A stretch of DNA of 32,000 nucleotides from Candidatus Pacearchaeota archaeon (lineage in GTDB: Archaea > Nanobdellota > Nanobdellia > Pacearchaeales > UBA284). The notes under the pieces are model-generated. The model did not search any database and was not told the origin of the DNA. It worked only from the letters and a program-made list of their open reading frames with translations. The stretch is taken from NCBI GenBank assembly GCA_026016245.1, contig CP061211.1, positions 678,725 through 710,724 on the forward strand, read 5' to 3'. Made by a program: the position numbers and the translations under genes. Shown one piece after another: positions 6,968 through 15,301 of this stretch; position 1 is the first letter of the stretch, and each line of letters begins with the position of its first letter.

Positions 6968-7204
6968 TTATTCTTTTATCTTGAGCAGTTGTTTCAATTT
7001 ATTTATATCAAAACCTACAATAAATCGGCCATCTATCTCTGTTACTGGAACTCCCATCTGCCCAGTTTTTTCAACCATCTTTTTTGCTGAGTCTAGATCA
7101 ATACTTACATCAATTTCTTCAAATTCAATATTTTTTTCTTTTAGCCAATCTTTTAATTTACCGCACCAAGGACATATCGGCGTTGAATAAACTTTTACTT
7201 TCAT
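6968..7204 (-). CDS. Glutaredoxin/NrdH-like small redoxin (CPWC)
   Basis: Sequence MKVKVYSTPICPWCGKLKDWL..GVPV..G..G. Confidence 0.8.
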   Translation of the reverse strand: MKVKVYSTPICPWCGKLKDWLKEKNIEFEEIDVSIDLDSAKKMVEKTGQMGVPVTEIDGRFIVGFDINKLKQLLKIKE

Positions 7205-7207
7205 TTT

Positions 7208-8122
7208 TCAAAGGCATATTTTTGATTTTAATTTCATTAGTGCTCTTAACTCTTTCATCGTGTTTTTCAGCGAAGGAAGTTCTTCTGATTTCTCAAGCAA
7301 AGACTCCTTAATTTTCCATAAAACCCAAGTTATCATTAGAATAAGAAGTGCTTTTTTCTCCTCATTGTTTAATCTTATACGTTTTTGATATATCTCAAGA
7401 TATCTGGAAGCTTTTTTTGTATCAAATTTTTTTGTTATGCACAAACTTAAAAGTGCCTTGGAAAGGTCATAAGCAACATATCCATATGCTAAATCATCAA
7501 AATCAATTATCCCTATTCTTTTATTGAAGATGATAGCATTCTCTTTTTGTATATCATTGTGCACTATTTGTTTTTTAAGTTTGACCCAATTGATTTTTTT
7601 GTATTCAAACTTGACAAAATTATAGGCTTGCAAAGTTAATTTATGGTTTATCTGCTTATGTCTTCTTATTTTATTTAGTTCTTCTTTGCTTAGAAAGATT
7701 CTTGGATTATCGAATTTGCTTATTGGCTTTATTTTCTTGAGGTTTTTTGTTAATCCGCTATGTGAATCAGCTATTAATTCTATTTCCCTCAAATTTGGAA
7801 ACCTTTTCTTGAATGTTCTTCCAGGTATATATTCAAGAAGAGCAGTTCTTCTTGGTTTAGTTGGGTTTATTAGTTCTTTCTTCTTTGTTCTTGTTGGCCT
7901 TGGAACTGATTCTACTGAAAGTTTTTCAAGAACTTTAAAGATATCGTCTTTCTTCATTTTTGGGATCCCAATATTCCAACCTTCTTTTATTCTTCTAAAA
8001 ACATATTTCTTATCACCATCATAAATTAAATAAGATTCATTTTCAACTCCTTCAGTAAATCTTTTAATTATTTTTGGATTTTTTAGCTTCCAGGCAGATA
8101 GCTCTTTTTTAGTTGGTTTCAT
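7208..8122 (-). CDS. APH/choline-kinase-family phosphotransferase
   Basis: Catalytic loop [13 protein letters not shown] and [10 protein letters not shown]. Confidence 0.7.
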   Translation of the reverse strand: MKPTKKELSAWKLKNPKIIKRFTEGVENESYLIYDGDKKYVFRRIKEGWNIGIPKMKKDDIFKVLEKLSVESVPRPTRTKKKELINPTKPRRTALLEYIPGRTFKKRFPNLREIELIADSHSGLTKNLKKIKPISKFDNPRIFLSKEELNKIRRHKQINHKLTLQAYNFVKFEYKKINWVKLKKQIVHNDIQKENAIIFNKRIGIIDFDDLAYGYVAYDLSKALLSLCITKKFDTKKASRYLEIYQKRIRLNNEEKKALLILMITWVLWKIKESLLEKSEELPSLKNTMKELRALMKLKSKICL

Positions 8123-8316
8123 TTTATATCCTTACAAAAATTTTTAAAACTTCTATCATAAGTGGCTTCAGCTTCTTTTGAAAAACAGCAAGCTGGAAGT
8201 TCATTTCTTGATAAATGATAGGCTATACATTCACAACATATTCCTTTTTTATCACAATCATAAGTGCAAGGACATTTTTTTAAATTTTTTTCTCTGTTAA
8301 TACAATCTTTGGTCAT
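8119..8316 (-). CDS. Small Cys-rich protein (resembles DUF6485-type proteins)
   Basis: Motif [26 protein letters not shown], with 9 Cys in 65 aa. There is a 4-nt overlap with the kinase gene. Confidence 0.55.
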   Translation of the reverse strand: MTKDCINREKNLKKCPCTYDCDKKGICCECIAYHLSRNELPACCFSKEAEATYDRSFKNFCKDIK

Positions 8317-8317
8317 T

Positions 8318-9301
8318 TTATATTCTTAATTTTTCTACTTTTTCTTTATTAATTGGAAAAATTTCTATTGATTTATTAAGTTTTCTCTTTCCATACCTCA
8401 CAATGCATTTTTTCTCATGTTTTGCATCTGAATGTGGTGCTGTAAGGGCTGCAGCTAATTGTATACTTCTTTTATTTACTTTTCCTTCTAGTAATGTTAT
8501 AGGACTTGGCCAATCTTTTACTTCAAATATCAGGTTTTTTGCTAGCTTCATTAGTTTTTTATTCTCTTGTTCATTTCTTCCAATGATTATTTTATTTTTC
8601 TTATAACGAAAATGTCTTCCTATCTTTAGTAATTCAATATCTCTTGGCTCAATTTTCTTTTTATGCTTGAATAGATCTATAAGTTTAGATGCAAAAACCT
8701 TCTCACATAACAGACAGCCTCCTGCTGGTGTTGGATATGAAATTTTGTATTTTTTTGCAAGAACTATCTGTTGTATTCTTCTTCTACCTTCTATGGCTAA
8801 TAATTTATTTCTATCAACAAATTTTTTCTTTTCAGCTTCTGTTTTAGGTAATAATTTTGCTGAAAGCGGCCTGAGAATTTTTCCTTTCAAGCCAGCCTCT
8901 TTTTCTATTAACATTAAAGCATGTTTTGTCTGGCTCATTGGCCTTTCATTAAGAACTTCCCCTGTTACTATAAATGCTGCTTTTTCCTTCTTCATGACTT
9001 GTTTTGCTTTTTTAAACATGAAAATTTTACAATCAATACATGGATTAACAGCTGAGCCATAACCATGTCTAGGTCTTTTTATCATTTTAATATATTCTTG
9101 AAAATCCTTCCCTTTATTTAGGTCTACTCTTATTAATTTAGTTTTTAATTGTCTTGTTGCTTCTAATGCTTTTTTTTCAGAAAAGAATGAAGATGAGAAA
9201 TTTATTGTTATAACTTCTATTTTTTGATCTTGCAGAAGTTTTACAGCTAGAATTGAATCCAAACCACCGGATAAGAGAGCAATAGCCTTAGCCTTAATCA
9301 T
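8318..9301 (-). CDS. PP-loop ATP pyrophosphatase, ThiI/MnmA-like (probable tRNA sulfurtransferase without a THUMP domain)
   Basis: N-terminal SGGLDS PP-loop, NPCIDCK CxxC motif, and GGCLLCE. It is adjacent to iscU. Confidence 0.65.
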   Translation of the reverse strand: MIKAKAIALLSGGLDSILAVKLLQDQKIEVITINFSSSFFSEKKALEATRQLKTKLIRVDLNKGKDFQEYIKMIKRPRHGYGSAVNPCIDCKIFMFKKAKQVMKKEKAAFIVTGEVLNERPMSQTKHALMLIEKEAGLKGKILRPLSAKLLPKTEAEKKKFVDRNKLLAIEGRRRIQQIVLAKKYKISYPTPAGGCLLCEKVFASKLIDLFKHKKKIEPRDIELLKIGRHFRYKKNKIIIGRNEQENKKLMKLAKNLIFEVKDWPSPITLLEGKVNKRSIQLAAALTAPHSDAKHEKKCIVRYGKRKLNKSIEIFPINKEKVEKLRI

Positions 9302-9729
9302 TTTCCCTTTTTCTTACTTTTCTTTTGATAGTTTTTAATTGCAAGATGTAGGGCATCAGCAGCAAGATTCGAACAATGCATCTTTATTGGTGGCAATCCT
9401 TTCAAGGCAGAAGCAATATCATTTCTTGTTATTTTTTTTGCTTGCTCCAGAGTTTTTCCTTTAGCTAGTTCAGTTATCATTGAAGAACTGGCTATTGCAG
9501 CAGCACATCCTAAAGTCTTGAATTTTATTTGTTTGATGTAATCTACCTGCTTATCTTTCACTTTTTTCTTGCTGACTTTGATATAAACCCACATTATATC
9601 CCCACATATAGGATTTCCAATCTTTCCCATACTATCAGGGCTCTTTATCTTACCAACATTTTTTGGGTGCATAAAGTGCTGTATTACTTTTTTGCTATAG
9701 TGGTATGGCATTTTCTTTGTTTGGATCAT
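9298..9729 (-). CDS. iscU: IscU/NifU-like Fe-S scaffold
   Basis: Motifs GNPICGD, LGCAAAIASSS and MHCSNLA. The likely true start is MPYHYSKKV at 9711. It carries a lysine-rich insert. Confidence 0.85.
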   Translation of the reverse strand: MIQTKKMPYHYSKKVIQHFMHPKNVGKIKSPDSMGKIGNPICGDIMWVYIKVSKKKVKDKQVDYIKQIKFKTLGCAAAIASSSMITELAKGKTLEQAKKITRNDIASALKGLPPIKMHCSNLAADALHLAIKNYQKKSKKKGK

Positions 9730-9910
9730 ATCCTAAGCATTTAGTTTTAAATCCATTACATTCTCCACAGAGATAGATATAATTGATTAAGGAACTTCTG
9801 TAATCATCTATTCTTCTTTCTGCTTCTTTAGATTTTTTAAGGAGCATCTTATAATTACAGATCTTTATACCTTCTTCATTCTCATCTTCAACTTCTTCAT
9901 CTAATGGCAT
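9695..9910 (-). CDS. Small acidic/Cys-containing hypothetical protein
   Basis: ORF track 71 aa. It fills what would otherwise be a 167-nt gap in a tightly packed run, but it overlaps both neighbours. Confidence 0.3.
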   Translation of the reverse strand: MPLDEEVEDENEEGIKICNYKMLLKKSKEAERRIDDYRSSLINYIYLCGECNGFKTKCLGYDPNKENAIPL

Positions 9911-10526
9911 TTTTCAGACAAGTTAGATCTTTTATTATAAATTTTTGTTTTCTTTTTTTGAATATTGCTTTATCCCAAGAGCAAGCTAGAACAATTATAA
10001 TTTTACAACCAACTTTTCTTGCTGTTTTTACATCACTTTTTTTATCAGCAACATAAATAATTTCTTTTTTCTTTACTTTGTATTTTTTGGCAATATATCT
10101 AATGGCTTCTTTTTTTGTTTTAAAATTTTCAGCACAGAAAATTCTGTTGAAGAATTTGTCTAGTTTATTTCTTTTTAAGAATAAAGTGGTATATTTTCTT
10201 GCAGAATTTGTTAGAAGTACAATCTTAACTTTTTCTTTTTTTAATCTTTTAAGGGTTTGTTTGACATAAGGGCATAATTTTAATTTTTTTGTTTCTTTTA
10301 CAATCCATTCATTGATTTCTTTCTTTAATTTATCTACAATTTTTGGATCAAATTTTGCAATATTTTTGAGAGTAAACTCAACTTTTGGTCCTAAGGATTT
10401 AGCAATATGACTTTTTGGAAAAATAAGATAATTCTTAAGTAGAGAACCGTGAATTGTTTCTATGTAAAGTTTTTTTGAATCAACAAGAGTCCCATCAAGA
10501 TCAAAAATAATTAATTTTGTTTTCAT
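9897..10526 (-). CDS. HAD-superfamily phosphatase
   Basis: Motif I is FDLDGTLVDS, motif II is LTNS, and a late K..D.D-type region is present. Confidence 0.8.
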   Translation of the reverse strand: MKTKLIIFDLDGTLVDSKKLYIETIHGSLLKNYLIFPKSHIAKSLGPKVEFTLKNIAKFDPKIVDKLKKEINEWIVKETKKLKLCPYVKQTLKRLKKEKVKIVLLTNSARKYTTLFLKRNKLDKFFNRIFCAENFKTKKEAIRYIAKKYKVKKKEIIYVADKKSDVKTARKVGCKIIIVLACSWDKAIFKKRKQKFIIKDLTCLKNAIR

Positions 10527-10750
10527 TTTTTCTTTTTTAATTTTTTATTTAACTCTTCGATTAATTTTTTTGTGCTGATGCCATGGACTTTTGCTCCTTG
10601 TTCTATTGTTTCTTGCATTGCAAAAGGACATCCAACACACATCATTCCATGTTTAAAGAAAATCTCTGCTGATTCAGGATACTTTTCTAAGACCTTAGCA
10701 AAAGTCATATCTGTTGTTATTCTTTCTTTTTGTTTTATTTGTTTTTTCAT
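10523..10750 (-). CDS. DUF1858 / hybrid-cluster-protein-associated redox disulfide domain protein
   Basis: Motif TFAKVLEKYPESAEIFFKHGMMCVGCPFAMQETIEQGAKVHGI. Confidence 0.7.
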   Translation of the reverse strand: MKKQIKQKERITTDMTFAKVLEKYPESAEIFFKHGMMCVGCPFAMQETIEQGAKVHGISTKKLIEELNKKLKKKK

Positions 10751-10950
10751 CTTTTCTTTTTTAATTTTTTTTGAAAATCTTTTACTTTAGTTTTCTCTAT
10801 TTCAGGAAAAATTCCTCTAGCTCTACAATCAAGACAATAATCTCTAAAAGTCAATTTTAAATCCATTCCTGCAGGAGGCATCTTCACTTTTGTTGAGCCA
10901 CATTTAGGACATATTTTAATAAATTGCTTCTTGCTTTTTTTCTTTACCAT
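10747..10950 (-). CDS. Zinc-ribbon small protein
   Basis: CPKC..(22)..CLDC, with basic ends. Confidence 0.5.
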   Translation of the reverse strand: MVKKKSKKQFIKICPKCGSTKVKMPPAGMDLKLTFRDYCLDCRARGIFPEIEKTKVKDFQKKLKKKR

Positions 10951-12098
10951 GGGCTTATTTTTCTTAATGAATTTATAATTTTTTTAAGTTGTTCTAAAAC
11001 ATAATCAATATCTTGTTCTGTGTTATCTTTTCCTAAAGTAATTCTAAGAGAGCCGTGAGATTGTTCTGCTGTTAGACCTATTGCTGTTAATACATGACTT
11101 GGTTTAAGACTTTTTGTTGAACATGCTGAGCCAGTTGATACTGCCATTCCTTTATCATTTAATCTTATCAATAGGGCTTCTCCTTCTATTCCCTTTATAC
11201 TCACATTAATATTATTTGGGAGTCTTTGTGTTCCATGGCCATTTAATTTTGCTCCTTCTATTTTTAGGATTTCTTTAATTATTCTATCTCTTAATCTTAT
11301 TTCTCGTTCTGCTTCTTTTTTCATATTCTTGTCTGCTAGCTCTATAGCTTTTGCAAAACCAACTATTCCAGAAGTATTTTCTGTTCCACTTCTTAAACCA
11401 GATTCATGACCACCTCCATGTGTTATTGGTTCTATTTTGACATCCTGCTTGATGTACAGAAGACCAATACCTTTTGGTCCATATAATTTATGAGATGATG
11501 CACTTAGAAGATCAATATTCATTTTTTTTATGTCTATTGGAATTTTTCCGAATGCTTGAACAGCATCTGTATGAAAATAAATTTTATGTTTTTTGCAAAT
11601 TTTTCCTATCTCTTCTATAGGTTCAATTGTTCCTATCTCATTATTTGCGAACATGATTGAAACAAGAATAGTGTCTTTTGTTATTGCTTTTTCTAATTGT
11701 TCTGTATTTATTAGGCCTGTTTTATCTACATCTAAGTATGTTACTTTGAAACAATGTTTTTCTAACCATTCGCATGGCTTGAGTATTGCTGGATGCTCTA
11801 TTTTACTTGTTATAATATGATTCCCTCTGTTTTTGTTAGCAAAAGCAATTCCTTTTAGTGCCAAATTATCTGATTCTGTTCCGCCGCTTGTGAAAATTAT
11901 CTCTACTGGCTTGGCATTTAGAAATTTAGCTGCTGTTTTTCTTGAATTCTCTACAGCTTGTCTTGCTTCCTGACCAAATGAGTGTAAGGAAGAAGCATTT
12001 CCAAATTTTTCTGAGAAATATGGTTGCATTGCTTTTAGAACTTCGCTATCTACAGGGGTTGTTGCAGCATGATCTAAATATATTTTTATTTTTGACAT
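10944..12098 (-). CDS. iscS: Cysteine desulfurase (NifS/IscS class)
   Basis: PLP lysine motif SSHKLYGPKGIG, active-site loop STGSACS, and the N-terminal YLDHAATTP. Confidence 0.9.
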   Translation of the reverse strand: MSKIKIYLDHAATTPVDSEVLKAMQPYFSEKFGNASSLHSFGQEARQAVENSRKTAAKFLNAKPVEIIFTSGGTESDNLALKGIAFANKNRGNHIITSKIEHPAILKPCEWLEKHCFKVTYLDVDKTGLINTEQLEKAITKDTILVSIMFANNEIGTIEPIEEIGKICKKHKIYFHTDAVQAFGKIPIDIKKMNIDLLSASSHKLYGPKGIGLLYIKQDVKIEPITHGGGHESGLRSGTENTSGIVGFAKAIELADKNMKKEAEREIRLRDRIIKEILKIEGAKLNGHGTQRLPNNINVSIKGIEGEALLIRLNDKGMAVSTGSACSTKSLKPSHVLTAIGLTAEQSHGSLRITLGKDNTEQDIDYVLEQLKKIINSLRKISPW

Positions 12099-12418
12099 TT
12101 TTTACACACTATGCAGATATATCTTGTTTTTTTCATCTTATTTATTATCTTTAAAATTTCAGTGTTAGCATCTTTTCCTTTAGATATCTCTTTTGCAGAT
12201 TTTTCTATTTCTTTTTCTATATCTTTTGGAAATTTGAGATGTTTGCCTCTTTTTTTGTGTTTATATTGGCTTACTGCTGCCTTTGTAATATTAAATCTTT
12301 TAGCTATTTCTGAATCTTTCATGCCTTGCTTTTCTAGAATTTCTATAAAATGAATTCTTATCGCTGGAATAATGTAATTCAATTCAATTTTCTGTGTTAA
12401 ACAATTAAATAATTTCAT
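12086..12418 (-). CDS. HTH transcriptional regulator (COG2522-like) with a C-terminal CxxCxxC
   Basis: Motif SEIAKRFNITKAAVSQYKHKKRG, ending YICIVCKKC. It is the first gene of the run. Confidence 0.6.
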   Translation of the reverse strand: MKLFNCLTQKIELNYIIPAIRIHFIEILEKQGMKDSEIAKRFNITKAAVSQYKHKKRGKHLKFPKDIEKEIEKSAKEISKGKDANTEILKIINKMKKTRYICIVCKKCQK

Positions 12419-12422
12419 AAAA

Positions 12423-12443
12423 ATAGTTAACGTTGATAACTAT
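12423..12443. promoter_or_regulatory. Inverted repeat ATAGTTA-N7-TAACTAT (candidate operator)
   Basis: Perfect 7-nt arms. The repeat lies between the minus-strand TATA (12441-12450) and ATG 12418, so it covers the predicted transcription start. Confidence 0.4.
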
Positions 12444-12450
12444 TTAAATA
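12441..12450 (-). promoter_or_regulatory. Palindromic TATA element TATTTAAATA
   Basis: TTTAAATA on the minus strand starts 30 nt upstream of ATG 12418. Confidence 0.5.
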
Positions 12451-12465
12451 TTGTGGATGGTAAGA

Positions 12466-12473
12466 TTTAAATA
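12466..12473 (+). promoter_or_regulatory. TATA box TTTAAATA
   Basis: 29 nt upstream of ATG 12495. Confidence 0.5.
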
Positions 12474-12494
12474 TTCATTCTCTTATTTTGTTGT

Positions 12495-13058
12495 ATGATA
12501 TGGTGGCTAATAGTTTTAATTATAGTAATTGTATTGATTTTGCTTATTGTTTTTGGCTACTACAACAGATTTACAGTTTTGCAAAATCGCATTAACAATT
12601 CTTTTGCACAGATAGATGTTCAACTCAGGAAGAGATCGGATTTAGTACCTAATTTGGTTCAGGCAGTGAAAGGCTATATGAAACATGAGCAAAAGATAAT
12701 GAAAGAGGTTACTGAAGCAAGAAAAGCTCTGCTTAAAGTTATACCTTCTAAAGATGTGGCAAGTAAAATGAAAGCAGGAGACGCATTGCAAGGAGCTTTG
12801 AAGAGTTTATTTGCTATCGCTGAAAATTATCCTAACTTGAAAGCTAGCGAGAATTTCTTACATTTACAAAGAGAGCTTAGTGCCATAGAGGATAAGGTTG
12901 CTTATGCTAGACAATTTTACAATGATTCTATTTTAGGTTACAATAATCTATGCAAAACTATTCCAGGAAGATGGTTTGCAGCTATGTTTAGCAAAAAAGC
13001 AGGCAAGTACTTGGAAATACCAGCAGCTTCAAGAGCAGTTCCAAAGATAAGTTTCTGA
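12495..13058 (+). CDS. lemA: LemA family protein
   Basis: N-terminal TM segment, then YN.F..L.N....A.A.IDVQLKRR.DL.PNLV and ENYP.LKA motifs. Confidence 0.85.
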   Translation: MIWWLIVLIIVIVLILLIVFGYYNRFTVLQNRINNSFAQIDVQLRKRSDLVPNLVQAVKGYMKHEQKIMKEVTEARKALLKVIPSKDVASKMKAGDALQGALKSLFAIAENYPNLKASENFLHLQRELSAIEDKVAYARQFYNDSILGYNNLCKTIPGRWFAAMFSKKAGKYLEIPAASRAVPKISF

Positions 13059-13062
13059 TTAA

Positions 13063-13953
13063 ATGAAGAAAATAAGTTTTCATGACCAAATAGCTAGAAA
13101 TAAGAGGAATTCATTTTTCTTGGTTATTATTGTTTTTATTGTCATGATTGTTCTTGGTTATGTTATTAGTATGGCATTTTCTCCAGATTATTTCTTTTTT
13201 ATTATGATTCTTGCCATCATAATCTCCTTAGTTTATGTTCTTATTACATATTATAATTCTGATAAAATTGCTCTTGCTTCTGTGAAAGCTAAAAAAGCTG
13301 ACTCTGTAAGGCATAGATCTTTGTATCATGCAGTAGAGAATATGAGTATTGCTTCAGGAATGCCGATGCCAAAAGTGTATGTTATGCCAGGCTCACAGAT
13401 TAATGCTTTTGCTACTGGTAGAGATCCTAAACATGGGGTGGTTTGTGTTACAGAGGGCGCATTGAATAGATTAAATAAACAAGAATTAGAAGCAGTTGTT
13501 GGACATGAGATGAGCCATATTGCAAATTATGATATAAGATTTATTACAACTATTGCTATTGTAGTCGGCGCTATAGCTATATTTTCTCAATTATTTCTTA
13601 GGAGTTTATGGTTTGGCAGTGGGAGAAGTAGAGGAAGAGGACAGGGAAATATAATTTTCTTTTTAATTGCCATAGCTCTTGCAATTCTTGCTCCAATTAT
13701 TGTTAAACTTGTTCAGCTTGCCATTAGTAGGAAAAGGGAATTTATGGCAGATGCTGGCAGTGTGAAACTTACAAGATATCCTCCGGGAATGGTTAATGCC
13801 CTAAAAAAGATAAAAGCAGATCATGAGCAATTAAAAGTTCCTGATGCTGTTGCTCCAATGTTTTTTTCTGACACAACAAAAAGAAGAATGGCTAATTTAT
13901 TCCAGACACATCCACCAATTGAAAAAAGAATTTCTGTTTTAGAAAGAATGTGA
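13063..13953 (+). CDS. htpX: HtpX-like M48 zinc metalloprotease
   Basis: Motifs HEMSHI and REFMAD, four TM segments, and a C-terminal THPP..KRI. Confidence 0.85.
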   Translation: MKKISFHDQIARNKRNSFFLVIIVFIVMIVLGYVISMAFSPDYFFFIMILAIIISLVYVLITYYNSDKIALASVKAKKADSVRHRSLYHAVENMSIASGMPMPKVYVMPGSQINAFATGRDPKHGVVCVTEGALNRLNKQELEAVVGHEMSHIANYDIRFITTIAIVVGAIAIFSQLFLRSLWFGSGRSRGRGQGNIIFFLIAIALAILAPIIVKLVQLAISRKREFMADAGSVKLTRYPPGMVNALKKIKADHEQLKVPDAVAPMFFSDTTKRRMANLFQTHPPIEKRISVLERM

Positions 13954-13966
13954 TTGAAGAATATAA

Positions 13967-14320
13967 TCAAAAGGACTCGTTTTCTTGGTTTTTGATATAT
14001 TTTTCAATATAACGTTTCTCATATCCAGGGAATAAAACATTAATTATTTGTTTTTTTAAACCATTTTTTTCATAGATTCCTTTTCCAATCCCATCATATA
14101 ATTGATCATTTAATGACTGATTTACATTAATGCCCTCTTCATATCGTGGTGTTTTATCATTTAATTTTCTTACTAATTCTAAATTACTCCTATCACTTTT
14201 AAAACCCATATAAATTACCCCACATAACCCAACATACAATATACCCGCTAGGGCTAGGGCAATGCATGTTACTCTATCCATAATTTTTTGTTTATCTTTT
14301 AAACTTTGTTTAGTTTCCAT
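13967..14320 (-). CDS. Membrane-anchored hypothetical protein
   Basis: ORF track 117 aa with a single TM segment. Confidence 0.5.
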   Translation of the reverse strand: METKQSLKDKQKIMDRVTCIALALAGILYVGLCGVIYMGFKSDRSNLELVRKLNDKTPRYEEGINVNQSLNDQLYDGIGKGIYEKNGLKKQIINVLFPGYEKRYIEKYIKNQENESF

Positions 14321-14408
14321 TTCTATTTTACCTTCAGTTGTTTCTGTATAAAAGGTATATTTAACATATATAAATTAATGTGTGGGATTTTCCACACCAT
14401 TAGAAAGA

Positions 14409-14416
14409 TTTAAAAA
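14409..14416 (+). promoter_or_regulatory. TATA box TTTAAAAA
   Basis: 30 nt upstream of ATG 14439. Confidence 0.5.
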
Positions 14417-14438
14417 TATATATTTCTCCTTATTCTAT

Positions 14439-15161
14439 ATGGAAATAATAAACAATTTAGAAAAGTTAGGATTGACAAACACAGAGTCAACAATATACCT
14501 CGCATTATTAAAAATAGGGGAATCAACTGCTGTTCAATTAGCTAAGGAAATAAAGATTCATAGAAGAACAATATATGATAATCTTAATATACTTCTAAAA
14601 AAGGGTTTGGTTGGTTATAAAATAAAAAACAATGTAAGATATTTTGAAGCTAATAATCCAATAACATTTCAATCATTTTTAGAAGAGAAAGAAAAAACGC
14701 TAACAAATATTTTGCCAGCACTGCAGTCATATTATAAAAATAAACAAAAATCTCCACAGATAAATGTTTATATTGGAGTTCAAGGAGCAAAATCAATTAT
14801 AGAAGAAGCCATACAAACAAAACAAACACTTTATTGGGTAGGTGGAGGCTTGTATTTTTTTGATGCAATTGGATACTCTAGAAAGTTTATTGAGGAAAAA
14901 TTGTCAAGAACAGATATAAAAATTATACAAACAGCAACTCCCAATATAAAAGAAAAATTAAAAATATTCAAGAAAAATAATATTAAGATTTTGCCTGAGA
15001 AATATTCATCAAAAGTGGGTTATCTGATATATGGTAACACAATTGCTATTGGGTTGTTACAGGAAAAAGAAATGATAATAATAAAAATAATAAGCAAGGA
15101 ATTTTCAAAAGGATATAAAAATTACTTTGACATAATGTGGAACCTTGGAAAAAATATATAA
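14439..15161 (+). CDS. TrmB-family transcriptional regulator
   Basis: Sequence MEIINNLEKLGLTNTESTIYLALLKIGESTAVQLAKE..RRTIYDNLNILLKKGLV. I chose this start by TATA spacing. The track start at 14382 would place the TATA box inside the CDS. Confidence 0.75.
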   Translation: MEIINNLEKLGLTNTESTIYLALLKIGESTAVQLAKEIKIHRRTIYDNLNILLKKGLVGYKIKNNVRYFEANNPITFQSFLEEKEKTLTNILPALQSYYKNKQKSPQINVYIGVQGAKSIIEEAIQTKQTLYWVGGGLYFFDAIGYSRKFIEEKLSRTDIKIIQTATPNIKEKLKIFKKNNIKILPEKYSSKVGYLIYGNTIAIGLLQEKEMIIIKIISKEFSKGYKNYFDIMWNLGKNI

Positions 15162-15301
15162 AAGAAAACGAATTCTCTAAAAATAAAATTTTTTTTATCA
15201 ATTGAAACTAACAAACTTTTAACGAAATCCCTTTATTTTTGGGCTTAAAGTCTTTATTTTTGAACAACGACTATGAAAATTTAATGATCTTAGAATAATA
15301 A

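Noticed and set aside
14382-14438. Upstream extension of the TrmB ORF (track start 14382).
   Set aside because: It would bury the TATA box (14409-14416) inside the CDS. The TrmB N-terminal helix begins at MEIINNLEKLG (14439), exactly 30 nt after the TATA box.
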